NCBI GenBank assembly: GCA_040954595.2
Contig: CM082587.2
Span: 4,482,093-4,546,092, forward strand
DNA: 64,000 bases
Direction of reading: 5' to 3'
DNA from: Balanoglossus misakiensis
Lineage: Eukaryota > Animalia > Hemichordata
Under the pieces are notes generated by a model that was not told where the DNA came from, did not search any database, and was given only the letters and a program-made list of their open reading frames with translations. Below are positions 1 to 12,600 of this stretch, one piece after another (position 1 is the first letter of the stretch; every line of letters starts with the position of its first letter). The position numbers and the translations under genes were made by a program.

Positions 1-1
1 G

Positions 2-1099
2 ATCGGGGCTCTGGGTGGTTCCATCACTAATGGCTATCTGATGAGGAAAAGTTTCATCTACGCCAACATTTACGGAAAGGGCTTACAAGAACTCCTCGGT
101 GTTCCCGTGGTCGTGTACCGGGGCGCGGAGAACAGCATGGGAAGTTACTACTTCCAATATTGCTCCCAAGAGTACTTGGACCTGGAGGAAATGGACCTGA
201 TACTGGGAGATTTTGCCGTGAATGATGGCTACGGCGATGTCTCAGCCGTTCCACAGGAAAAGCTTCTAAGACAGATGCTGTGTCTACCAAAGCAGCCCCA
301 GATAATTTATGTCAACTTCCTCATGGGCACACACCTCAAACGTGGGGACTGCTGGAATGATGAGAGTGATGAAATCTCACCACTGAGCAAGCACTATTCA
401 GTTCCCTCGTTGAGTTTCGATGCCATGGTGTGTCCGGGTCAGGTGGACAAACTGAAATCCTTGTACTCGCGGGACGACAATCATCCAAATCAGCTGGCTC
501 ATCAGATGATGTCACATGTACTATTGAGCTTCACAGCCAATGTACTGCTGAGTTTGTGTAGCACGGTGCTAGAAAATCCAGAAGTTGCACTCGGCAAACA
601 AAACACACAGGAGGACAGGGAGCAATGCGACCTGGCGTTGCCACGGGGACTATGGGTGAAACCTGCAGACAAGCCCCACTATAATAAATGCTGGATAAAA
701 AATGCACCCCCAAGGAAGGTCTCTGGTACAGTTGGGAATGAACTGACACCCACGACACTGGATCCCGCTTGGTTGTCGATGAAGCATGGGTTCCGGACCT
801 CCGCAGCAAACGCAACAATCAAGTTTAACTTTTCGGTTGTTTTCAGGGGTGCAGGCGAGTGCAACCTCTCCCTGTGTGTCGTGCCAATTCCGGGCGGTGG
901 CAGAAGTCTGGTGACAGTCACACAGGGCGTCGCCACGCAGCCGATTGCATCCATAGTGGCCGCAGACCATCATCCACCACTTCCCTCCTCTTGTTGCTGG
1001 GTGTTTGCTTCCACGGTAACACCTGGCGACCTTTCGCTGACAATCACGTCCCTCCAAAACAAAGCCTGGGAATTCAGAGTTGTGGCTGTGCATTGCTGA
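2..1099 (+). CDS. SGNH/GDSL hydrolase-fold protein (putative carbohydrate esterase/acyltransferase), 5'-truncated by the window edge
   Basis: The frame is open from base 2 (IGALGGSITNGYLMRKSF...), upstream of the tracked Met. It has SGNH block I G-G-S-I-T (nucleophile Ser), block III-like DLILGDFAVND and block V D-x-x-H (DDNHPN), then a beta-rich C-terminal region. No intron within 1.1 kb. AATAAA at 1334-1339. Confidence 0.8.
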   Translation: MGALGGSITNGYLMRKSFIYANIYGKGLQELLGVPVVVYRGAENSMGSYYFQYCSQEYLDLEEMDLILGDFAVNDGYGDVSAVPQEKLLRQMLCLPKQPQIIYVNFLMGTHLKRGDCWNDESDEISPLSKHYSVPSLSFDAMVCPGQVDKLKSLYSRDDNHPNQLAHQMMSHVLLSFTANVLLSLCSTVLENPEVALGKQNTQEDREQCDLALPRGLWVKPADKPHYNKCWIKNAPPRKVSGTVGNELTPTTLDPAWLSMKHGFRTSAANATIKFNFSVVFRGAGECNLSLCVVPIPGGGRSLVTVTQGVATQPIASIVAADHHPPLPSSCCWVFASTVTPGDLSLTITSLQNKAWEFRVVAVHC

Positions 1100-2527
1100 C
1101 AATTTCTAACTTTATACCTTTTACTCCCTGATCCCCTATATCATCATTTGGAAGATTTCTTGCAAGCAGAATTCATAGGTTTCAGACGGACTAGAACTGG
1201 AATGAGCAAAGTTGCCTGCTGTTTCAAGTACTTTTGGTTGTCTGTTATTTGCATCCAATTTTACCTGTCGTCAGCCAGCATGCTCTTTGTCACTTGTTTG
1301 CTTGAATACTTAAATATTATACCCATGTACTGTAATAAATTACGGTATTATTTAATCATGCTTGCTGTGGCAGTTCAGCGTCTGACAGCAGCTATTTCAT
1401 CGAACTATCAAATATCATTCACGATCTAAAACAACCCAAAATGTGATATCTTTAGGGATATTATTTGACCAATAACAGACGTGCATCAGACTTGTTTGAC
1501 CTTTGACACATCTTCCCCAAACAGCAAATTGGCATTAACTATTCATATTTGTCAAGATTTTGAAAGTAGTCATTGTCATACAAATACTGGTAGATGTGTT
1601 AAGATTGTGGAAAACCAAAGCACTAATTATCTGGGTTTTTTTTTTAAGATTTTGCCTTCAATATCAATTGGGCTTTCAAGATAAGATAAAATGTGACCTT
1701 TACCTTTCGTCAAGGTCGAAGGATAGTGATGAATTATAAAATAGCCATTAAATATGAATTGATACATAAATTATTTGCGATTACTTGAATGTGTTTCCTT
1801 TGTTTCACATCATTTAATTGGCAGGATGGGTTGGTTGGTAGATAACCAAGTATTTATTTAAAAGTCCATGAACATTGACAGTTTAGTGATCACACTAAAT
1901 TATGCAGTAGTAATAGTAGTATAAATAAGGGCTGGAAAACATAAAAATGTAATGTTTAAATGTGTAAATATTTGGCTTTTCTTGAGTAGATGCTTCTATG
2001 TGTGAACTGCAGTTATTTTAGTGTTTGAACAATTAAAAGCATCACACTTGTACCAAATTTGACCGTAGCGGCCATAATTTAGCTAAGAAATTTAAATTCA
2101 GTCACATATGAAAGAATCTATTAATTTTTTATTTATCTCCAAGAATTGGAATCAGTTGGACCTCAGTGAAACAAGCAGGAAAAAAACACCAAAAACTGAA
2201 AGCAATAGGTTTGGTTATCAGTCTGAGTAAAATAGATGAAAACAAAATTCTCAGATGATGAGATTAATTTGTAGTTCGTCAATTTGTATAACTACATGAA
2301 AGGGCAGATTTTACGTTTGAGCAATTTCAACACATATTCAATAGTCAATGCTGTTCAGTGTGATGCCATTATTATTAAAAACCACCAGCTGTGGTTGAGC
2401 AAAGATGGTTTTGTGATAATCTATTAGATGATCATGTGTCATGTTATGCCCAACATATCCATAGAGGGCGTCGGAAATTATTTTGCATGACGATGAAGAG
2501 GGAAGTGGAAAGCTTCACCACAATCTT

Positions 2528-2610
2528 TGTAAAAAAAATTATAATGATTATGATTTTTTATATTATAATACATTATAATAATTTTATAAATATAATTTAT
2601 ATTTTTTCCT
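2528..2610. repeat. Extremely AT-rich low-complexity tract
   Basis: About 80 bp almost entirely A/T (ATTATAATGATTATGATTTTTTATATTATAATACATTATAATAATTTTATAAATATAATTT). Confidence 0.8.
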
Positions 2611-3329
2611 TGACAGAAATATTGTTTTCTGTTGTAATGATAAATATTAATTACCCAACCAGAGGGTCAGAGATAAGTCCTGTCATAAAAAATGAATGAC
2701 TCATTTGTCTGGTTTGCGGGTTTTTTTTCTGTGAGGAGAATGTGTAGTTCTATTGATTTTTCTGACATAAAAATAGGTTTTCATGTTTATCACGAGTACC
2801 TGCAACACTCACATCCCATTCATTGTTGTCAAAATGGCCTAAAGGCTTGTTAATGTGTCATTATATCGTCAGATATGAGCTTTTCTGCATAAATCTAATT
2901 AAAATCATCTCTTTTGATATGCGTCTTTCGTCACAGAATGATGTTAGACTTTTGTACTGTTAACTAAAGCAGCCAAAAAATATTCAGCCATACCGTTTTC
3001 ATTCTAACAAATATTAACGTTTAACATCTGTATTGGAATGACAGTGGCATAGAGTAAAAATTGAAAGTCAAATTAAGGTTGGCGAGAGACAGTATGAGTA
3101 ATTATTATTAAGACATGCCATCATTAATTTTCACTCATGACAAATATTGTAACCGGACACGTCTGTCCTTCGTTCAATAAATAGCCCTGTCTTTTGGGAT
3201 ATTTACCCAGTACAGAATATCTGTTACAATAGAAAAAAAAGGCTTGTATCAACGGAAGGGATATAAATTCTAAAAATAGCCACAGATTACACGAAGTGGG
3301 TGGATATGTCCTGATTTTAACCCACAACT

Positions 3330-3673
3330 AGTCACTCTTCTGACGTCACTGCAGCTCATCTGCATGGGATTTGCATAAATTGGAATTTCCATATATGTAT
3401 GTTGGATGACAAAACACTAGTAATAGTGGATGTGTGTTTGATGCCGTCAGTGTCGAATAGAAAGTGGGTGAGCTCGCAACAGATTACGAAGAGAACATTG
3501 TTATTCACGGTTGACCTCTGATTTATGGTCTAAGGGGAGAAATTTGGGAAATATTAATATTACAGTTGGACAGACATCACTTTTCTCTGGATAAAAAAAA
3601 ATTCCCAGTTGCATATTTCATTCTGAATACAGAAGAATCAAGATTGTACATCACACACAGAGCTCAGGTAAGC
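3330..3673 (+). promoter_or_regulatory. Candidate promoter plus exon ending at a strong donor (possible distal exon of the RGS gene)
   Basis: Full CRE TGACGTCA (3341-3348), octamer ATTTGCAT (3369-3376) and donor CAG|GTAAGC at 3667/3668. Confidence 0.35.
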
Positions 3674-6600
3674 TTCGCTCTATATCCTAGTTCGTTCCAG
3701 TGATTTTTTTTTTCAACTGGAACTTAAGTGACACATCACTCATATGCTGCTTAAAATGTCAACACTCAAAAAAAATATCAGAGCTGTGATTGATGTACTC
3801 CTGGATCAGGTGGTCGGCGGCTCGTTTAACGATTATGTAATTTGACGGCTGATTTTTCTAAAACATCTCGGAGAGTGAGAACGGGTCACAGAGATCAATG
3901 GGGAGGTTGCAATCTCTGCAGTGCCCCCTTCACAACTGATATACGTCCTCCTGCGATTCAATTTCCCAATTGTTGATTTTCATAATCGGCACCTGGGTAG
4001 TTCGCATGTTCCTTAGTAATGGGAGACACAGCGTGTGTGATGCGTTTTCAAGGGCAGTTGATTGCCAAAGAAAGATGGTCACAGGAACTCTCAATCATTA
4101 TCATCTTTATTCAACCTTTCTCCAAAAGTAAAACATTAATATACAGATATCATGTGGACATCAACTATTCTTAAGTAAAACTTAAAATCCCTATATATAA
4201 AAACAAAATTCTAAATAAGTGTGTACATTAATGCGTAATTCGATGTGTCAAAATGACGAGGCATGACTACTGCTTATGGCCGACTAAATGATAATATCAG
4301 AGATTTTACAATTTCTGTGACAAACTTTTTTATGGTTGCCGTGCTATTTTCGAAAATGTCTTCCTCCAGCGTTAAACACTTGTTGTAGAGTTTTGAACAT
4401 CACAGGTCATTTATAAATATGCTTCGCTGAGAGTAAGATCCATATATGCTTGCTTAATACTGAGGTAGTTCAGCCGTGGAATTGCATGTACAAAGTAAAG
4501 CAGACCTTCATCAATCGTATTGTGATGTGGTCCCCCCCCCCTCCTACACACACACCATATTCTGTGATTGCCAACATGATAAACGAGAATAATGAGTTTT
4601 TGAAATCTGGTGTTTGCTCACTCATGCAAGAGTTACCGCTATTTTCCAGCATTGAACTGTACAAGCAATCTGTTACTTTAATCTATGAACGTCAACAACA
4701 TCTTACATTCCAGTGGAACACATTGCACAAATTATATCAGTTCTATAATTAACCATACATTTCATTTCAACTATTTTCCACTGTGATTTGTAAGCAAAAT
4801 ACTCAGGACAGTTAGTTATACGTAAAATGTGTGTTCAAGCCTTCTCTCCCTTTTGGCTTTTAAGTCTGTAGTGACTCGTGTGATAATATTGATTGCATAT
4901 AGACATTTGTGTGTGGGAGGGAGGGGTGTGTGGGGGAGGGGAGAAGTGATAATGTGTAGTGAGTTGGTTCACACAAATCTGTGTATTCATTCCATGTCAC
5001 CTGTAACAACTCTCAGATTTGGCGCTACTTCTGTATTTTTACTCCACTGTGAATATCAAATAAGGTGACACAATTCCCATGAGACGCACAGCAGGTGTTG
5101 GACTTGGTGTAATTGATGTCTGTTAATTACCACTTTTCCTATCGATCCACCACACCGCTTAGTTACCTGTCACCGTTGAGTGTGTACATTGTCCCCTGCC
5201 ATATTGCTCTCAGACCTTCAGCTTTTTATATTAAAAAGCCTGTGGCAGTACAGTGTGAAATATTACTGGTATTCATCAAAACATCAACTAATTATCTCAC
5301 ACAGGTTTCGGGCAATTCATTATGAATCAAACCAGATGTTAGAAATTTTTACCTGCAGTACCGGGCGAAAAAATAAAATATTTAATATGTCAGATGATGT
5401 AAACATTGTTCCAGAAATTGACAGTTGTAAAGCAGCTTTTCCAGGCATTCACAACGCAAAATTGTTGACTATATTCCGACTGTATACTAATTGGATTATG
5501 CTTTAATATATCAAACGCAATCCATCTGTCAAAATATCCATGTTATTCTAGTTCAGCGTATAATGCATGCACGACTGAGCCAAACAAACTCAGCATTTTT
5601 ACATATGTAAACCCTCAGGCAATGTACCGTGACTCGATCAGTACAAAACACAGCAGCCATATCAAAAGAAGCAACAACAAAAAAATGGTTCGGTTTTTCA
5701 GAAATAGAGAAAAAAACAGCCCTTTTAATCACACATTCTATTATCTGGTCGGCATGTTGAGCTTAATCCCAACACACATCAGTCCAATTGAACAATAGGC
5801 GCTTGTAATACATTCACATTCAATATTTTTATCTTTAAAAAGGCAAGATTTTGACCTATGAATATTCATCAGGTATAGAATTGGTATGTCATTGACATTT
5901 CTTTTTCCATCTTGTCCTGATTACATGTCATTTGAATCCTGTGCATACAAATCTCCTACCTTTTACCGTTACCAATTTATGAATTATGCATCATGCAATC
6001 TTAATACCTGTTGGTTTACTGCGCTCTCGCATAAAATTTGAACAAACATTCATATATTTTTATGGTCTTTTTCTACTGCATTTCAAACACATCTTCAATC
6101 AAAGGATTGAGCCACTGCAAGTTTTTAAATTGTTTCTCAACTCTTTCTTAAAAATTCTTTTCAGTGAAAATATTTATCGTTCATGGATGTGGCCTCCTAA
6201 TCATGTACTACAGGGCCAACTCGCACATAATCCTGAATTTGTTTTGGTCAGAATTTTACTAGATTTGTTTATTTCACTGATTCAAACAATCTGCCATTGA
6301 CCATCTTCCCAAAGATAGTAAGCAAAACCAACACAATGATTCTTTGACAAATAGGAAATAACAATGCGAGAGAGAATGAGAGAGAGAGAGCTAGACTGTT
6401 GTATAAAGCAGAGAGTATTATAACTAAGTAGCCACATAATGTACCCCATAATGGCTTCTTCAAAATATAAACTGATTTGATTACAGTTCTCGCAATTTAT
6501 AACGTACAGCTAATTTCTTTTCAAAGCCAGAGAAAGCCTTTTCATTTTCACATCCTTCGTAAATTGAGTGGCCTCTATAATTCCTCACCAATAATCAAGG

Positions 6601-9600
6601 CGCAGGAATGAGTACGTGACCGATTTTTCCATTTAAATTCCATTTTCAAGGCAGCTTGTTAGCACAGTGATTATGAAAGTGACTGGGAGATGAGCAGAAT
6701 TTATATTCTGACGTACGTCTATGTACTGATATTCTAAAACGTAGAAGTTTTAGTAAGTAGAGACTCTACTTCATCTAAGGCACAGCATGAAATTATTCTG
6801 GTGTGTGTGTTTGTGTTAACACACACATATACTATTCAAAACTTGAATTTTATCTTAAAAGTAATAAATATATCTTTAGATATGAGTCTTCATCTTCACG
6901 TGATCCGTTCTAATTTTCTATTATTAGCAATCATGATTTGCTACATATGGAGGACATAGGGCAAAATCTGAAACAATCATGCATGCCTGCCTTCCCACAG
7001 CTTCTCCAGTCTGGTATGGCCCTGGGGGGATTTTTCATCCCGTTTCTGCTGGATTTACTGTGACACATCTGTCTGATGGACATTTAACTTGCTAGTCTGG
7101 TACAATGTATCATCAGTCACTGGACAACCAACCTGCAGACAGACAGACAGACAAATTAGCTCCACTGTTTACCTGCCAGGGATGAAGAGTGGTTGGAAAG
7201 ATTGAACTTGTCTGTCCTCCCGGAGATTACATTGTACTATGTGAAAATAATGGATGCTGAAATTGGAAATGTCAGGTTCAACCATCGTAACATTTCCCCC
7301 TTTACTGATCTTTGCCCAGGATAAGTTCAGGCAAGAAGATTACTGCCATGACAACCGTTGCCAATGTAAATGCTGTAATCAAAACAAAGCTGATGATGAT
7401 GACACAACCTCACGTGATTTCCGGTACTCGTTATATTGTGATTAATTATGGTACTTGAATTTTCTAACACTTGAGAAATAAAACTGTCGCTATAATTGGG
7501 GGTAAATATTTCAAATGTTAATGAAGTATTTCCAAGTGTTCATCGGCAAGACCATTAAACAACATAAAAATGTCTGCCATCAGGACTGGCCTGTCAACAT
7601 TCCACTTTGTGAAGTCTTTCAATTAATTAACTGTTCATTCCTGTTCATAAATACAGTGATATTGAGTGGAGAATGCAGTGGGAAAATCAGTGACAGGAAG
7701 GATGAGCACATTCAAGCTTTTTGACAAACGGTGCCGCCTTGCACTGAATCAATCATTCTGATCGATTTTCTGACACTGCAAGCTGCGGCCATGTTTGACC
7801 GTCTAATCTGATCTTCTCATGACATTGACAGTGGTGGAGAATCCATAGCAAGGCGTGGAAGATTGAAATTATCAATTCACTCTATGATAGTGCATGTTTT
7901 GTGCTTAAATACATTGATTGGTTAGTGTGCATGATTACATGCATGGTGGAGAACTGGGGACTATAAATTTTACATGATTAAAATTGTACCGATGTCTAAG
8001 AAAAGTGTTACCAGATTTGAAGTCTTGACAAATTCTGCTTTATGCCTAGATACCAGGATAAAACGGATCTGAAAGTGCTGTGTAGTTGAAAGCTTTTACA
8101 GTTTCCATGCGTATATCATGCAGAAACGTCACTCTGCAGTTAGCAAGGCAACAACCAAAAAGGGGTTGGCAAGAACACCTGTGTTCTTTGCCCATCATTT
8201 CAACATTTTATTGGCTGCTTCCAGGTTCTCCTCGGAACTGCTTTCCATTTCTTCTGCGTGTATTCTCACAACCCTCTATGTGTGCTGAGCGAGCCCCAAC
8301 AGGTAGCTTACAAACACTCCCGGGAAACGGAAATGACGACTACTAGATTTTGTTTCTGGTAATTGGCGGAGGTATCGGGCTACCAAGTAATTGCTGTACT
8401 CATTTGAGTGGTTTAAAGAGAAGGCGAGGGGAAAAAAGCCATCTCATATTCCAACATCTTCCTGGATGAGCTCTCTTTTAGTTTTATCAGGTGTAATGAT
8501 GTACACCCATACTATCCAAAGGCTTTATGTGATCCCATATGGCGAAACGTGCATAAAATCCTCAAAAATTAATCCTGTTAGTAAAATTGGATTGTAGCAT
8601 ATACGCAAAGGCTTTAATTGGCGTTTCTGAATTGCCTCTCTAATCTGCATTAATCGAAAATAGATTTGTGTAAGCCTGCTAGTCAGATATTGACTTACAG
8701 ATGTGCTCACAAGGTATTTAATGTCCTATTTTCGGTGCCCTAATTCATGTTGTGTGCCTGCATGATTTTAACGGTTCTACAGTTAAGAGGTCTCGTTCAC
8801 ACTTCACAAGCTTCATAGTGTCCTCAAAAGTTTTATTAGCATGATTTAAATGTGTGCATGACTTTGAATATAGAAAGCCACTTATCTTTTCATGTGGCAT
8901 GTACTGTCCCATGTAAATGGCGTGTCCGTAACATATTTGTGGAACCCACAGAAACAGAATGAGCCATGGCAGTTACTTTGTCAAGCTATAGTCGGCCAAT
9001 AACTGCTGATTATGCAAATCAAAAATGATTATATGATGTCCAGGTTGTTGATGTACAAGAGCTGTGTATTTTCCCCCATCAACAATCAGCTCTTATAAAA
9101 AATAAATTCAGTGTAACTCAGGGATGTGGGCTTGCTTATTTAATGTCAGGATGTTCACGTGGTGGTTTTCTGAGTAATATATTAGTGAGTAAAATATCTC
9201 CCTAATACACAAAAGTCTAAATATGTGCAAAACTGGAGCCACATGCAGTGTTTCTAAATGGACGCAGATAACCAGCTGAATGCCAGTGTAATTGCACTCA
9301 CTGGAGTAATGGATTTCCGTACGCTCATACCTGGCGAATAATAGCTTTAAATGCTTGGTTCATCATGGGTCTTGTTTGTATACCCAAAGTATTTCATGTC
9401 GTGACACAGCTGGCGTGCACATAAACTTGAATATCAAATCAAGTTTCAAATCTCTTTTGATGTTCACGTCTCCAACGTCACTTTCACGGCACTGCATGCA
9501 CCACTGAAATTATGATGTCAATGAGGAAATCATGATTCATCTTTCTTGTCTGTAGTCTTGCATTAAAGGATTATATTGTGTACAGTTGTATATGTGACAT

Positions 9601-12600
9601 GTATAAGATATATGGTACGCCCACATTTTAGGTTTTAAATTTATTATCAATAAAATGAGAAATGTTTTCGCTTTTTTGGAAAGCATTGCTAAACTCGTTT
9701 AATAATATTTCATGTGGCACAGCGGAATTGTTACATTTCAGAGATTAGCCTCTCACCCCCATTGCATGTTTAATGGTCACGCCCACTACTATAAGGACAT
9801 TAATTGGAATATGAAATGTCCTTCAGTGAAATGGGGGTTACCAGGTTCACTGAGGGGAAATGTGTAATGGCAGTCGCAATGAATTGTTCATTAAAGACGT
9901 CTAAAAATAGACCACTTTGGAGCAATTGATTTGTGATGTCAGGGTGTAGTGCCTAAAAGGGGCTTTGTTAACATCCAGCAAGTCGGTTTTTATTGCGAGC
10001 GCCTGGCCATAAAACGTTGCGTGCGTGAAGACATCTCTCGCGGAGTGAGTGGTCATTGTCCTGGCAGATAAGGACAGGTAGAGATACACGTGAGCTGTGA
10101 CGTGGCCCAACCATTGTGTGTTTCAGTCATGTATGTGGACTATAAACTTCTACCCAATTTGGCCACAAAGGGCACTTCAAGAAAAATCTGGTCACAAAAT
10201 TTCTTTTAGAAAATTTTCCTATGAGAGTACCCATGAAAACAGCATTTAGTAAATAGTAAGACGTGAGAAAAATAAAAAAATATTTCCAAATGTAGTCACC
10301 AAGTATATATCACCATTATTTGTTTCAGTATACTAGTATCTGTATCATTTGTGTCTTGAATTTGACGGTCATGAGTTAATGGTAATTTGAACATGGCATT
10401 TGTCACATAAAGCTGATTAAATATTGGACCGAACATCTTCCACTATCTGTCAGCTGCCACATAGAATATTACAAAGGGAAAGATTAATTCTATAAGTTTT
10501 ATTTCCTGTTTCCTGATAATTTGAATTGCCATCAAGCAATATCAAAAGATTTACGTCTTATCTCACCGAGAAATAATAAATGCCAGGTTTAGTATTTATA
10601 ATGAAAATTTTACGAGGGAATCTTCAGTCAAAGTTTAATCATGCTCTGGGGCATATACACGGATACAGCGAAAGGTGTTCTATATATGTTAGCAGATTTC
10701 TCACTTGGTGTTTATGATTTATAAGCCTAATAAGTGCGTACATGTAAATAATTCACCTACGCATCAAGAATGACGTCTATAACAAACTATCTGTTACATG
10801 AATAAATCAGTAACCCTGCTTCTAAATCGAGTTTTGATCTGTTTCTGATGAATGTGCAAAGCCCTGATTTTTTTATAGGCCGGACTGTCTGATTAGTATC
10901 TAAAGTGATGTTTAGGCCTGGTAATACCACTTTCTCCTCCCACTACGCTCTTTCCAATCAATGAAATCATGTAAAAAAAATAATGACTCAATGCACCCTA
11001 TTCATGCCTGGTTTTCTCGAAACGGACTTGTTTTTTCCCCTTTAATTTGGGCATCAGGCTTGGAGGGGAAATTGCCTAATCAAGCCTTGAAATCAGGCTG
11101 AGATTATTTTAATGTACAGCCATCAAAAATTATGATTGGTACTTCATGAATCCATCTTTTGCAATCAACCACATAACTGAAAAATGGCCAAGCGGTCGTG
11201 ATATACAACATATATAAATAACTTTAATAATCCTAAGTATTATTATAATATCATTATTGAAGCTCAACTGATATTTGAACAACTCCGGATATGATTGAGT
11301 GCCCACACAGTCATATATGCACAATCATGCTAAATATAGCTGTCACTCTTTGATCAGATTTCATTGACGTTCACAGAAAATCCATGAATGCAATTCCCAT
11401 AGAGTTAGAAAAGAAAGTTGGAGGTCTGTGTCCACAGCAATGTGCAGTTTATCGCGTGGGACTTCTGACGTGCAGTGCGGTTCGATGCCTTACATGCCCA
11501 TGCATAGTTCATTAAGTGTGAATAAAAAGATTTCTATGTAAAAGAGCAAATATATGACAAAAAGTAGTTTGTATAGATGAAAAAAGAAGGTAACATTTTT
11601 AATGAAACTATTTACAGTCATCCCAGTAGAATGGACGAACATGTCCCGATTTCATATTACACGTCACATCAAATGTGGGTGTATTAGGATGATCTAATCT
11701 AATGCTATACAGTCACTAACTTGGGCTTTGTCAGAAACATTTCATTATGACAGAATTCGTCTTATCTCAACATCTGCTTCATTTTTGATGCATGAAACAC
11801 TTTTACAAACTACCCAAAAATCAAAACTTGCGGTGGTCTCTGTGGAATCTAAATTGCGATTTCTAGAAAGTTACAGCTGAATATTAAATTTTGTTACATT
11901 TCCCTGACGGCCATTTTGACGGTACAAGCTAGCCGACTAAAGAATGAGATTCTTAATCAGCCTTCGCTTGTAAATTTGTCAAATTAGGCCAGGTAGCGTT
12001 GTCTATGAAGAAAATAGGCTGGATATCCTGGATGTACTTTGATGAGATTCTCTTGGGGAGCTTATGGGTGACAGCACAAATCTCAACCATCTTGTATTCA
12101 AGAATTGCCTAATCTACCTATTGCCCAGAGGAATCATCATTTTAAAAGACAGTGTACCGAGCTTCAGTTGGATAAATGCTTGCAGTTTCATTTGCGTTGT
12201 AAAATACCGTAGGTCAACATCTCACATATATCAAATGTGAAGGCACGAGATCTCTTATCCAGCATGTTGACTGTGGATCATGTATTAGTATAGAGTGTAA
12301 TGCTGTGTGCATGTACACTCTAATGGTGCTTGTTTTATGGCTGCTGATAATGCCGGCAAAATGCGGGGGCAGTATATGCCATCAGTGCTTTTCAATATAT
12401 TGTTTACTGCAGTAGTTTCTACTCCTTAATGGGCATTGACTTGACATATGTTTCTAGGTGATGTAGATGGGGGTCTATAGACAGTAAAAATACCCACCTA
12501 CATTTATTTTTCATTTCAACAAAGAAAACCATGATATTCGATGAAGATGTGCATCAGATTGTATACTTTCATATGTATTAAGTCACCAGCCTTAAACCCT

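Noticed and set aside
54-1131. Several antisense and alternate-frame ORFs over the SGNH gene (similar ones at 34505-35097)
   Set aside because: Shadows of GC-richer real coding sequence.
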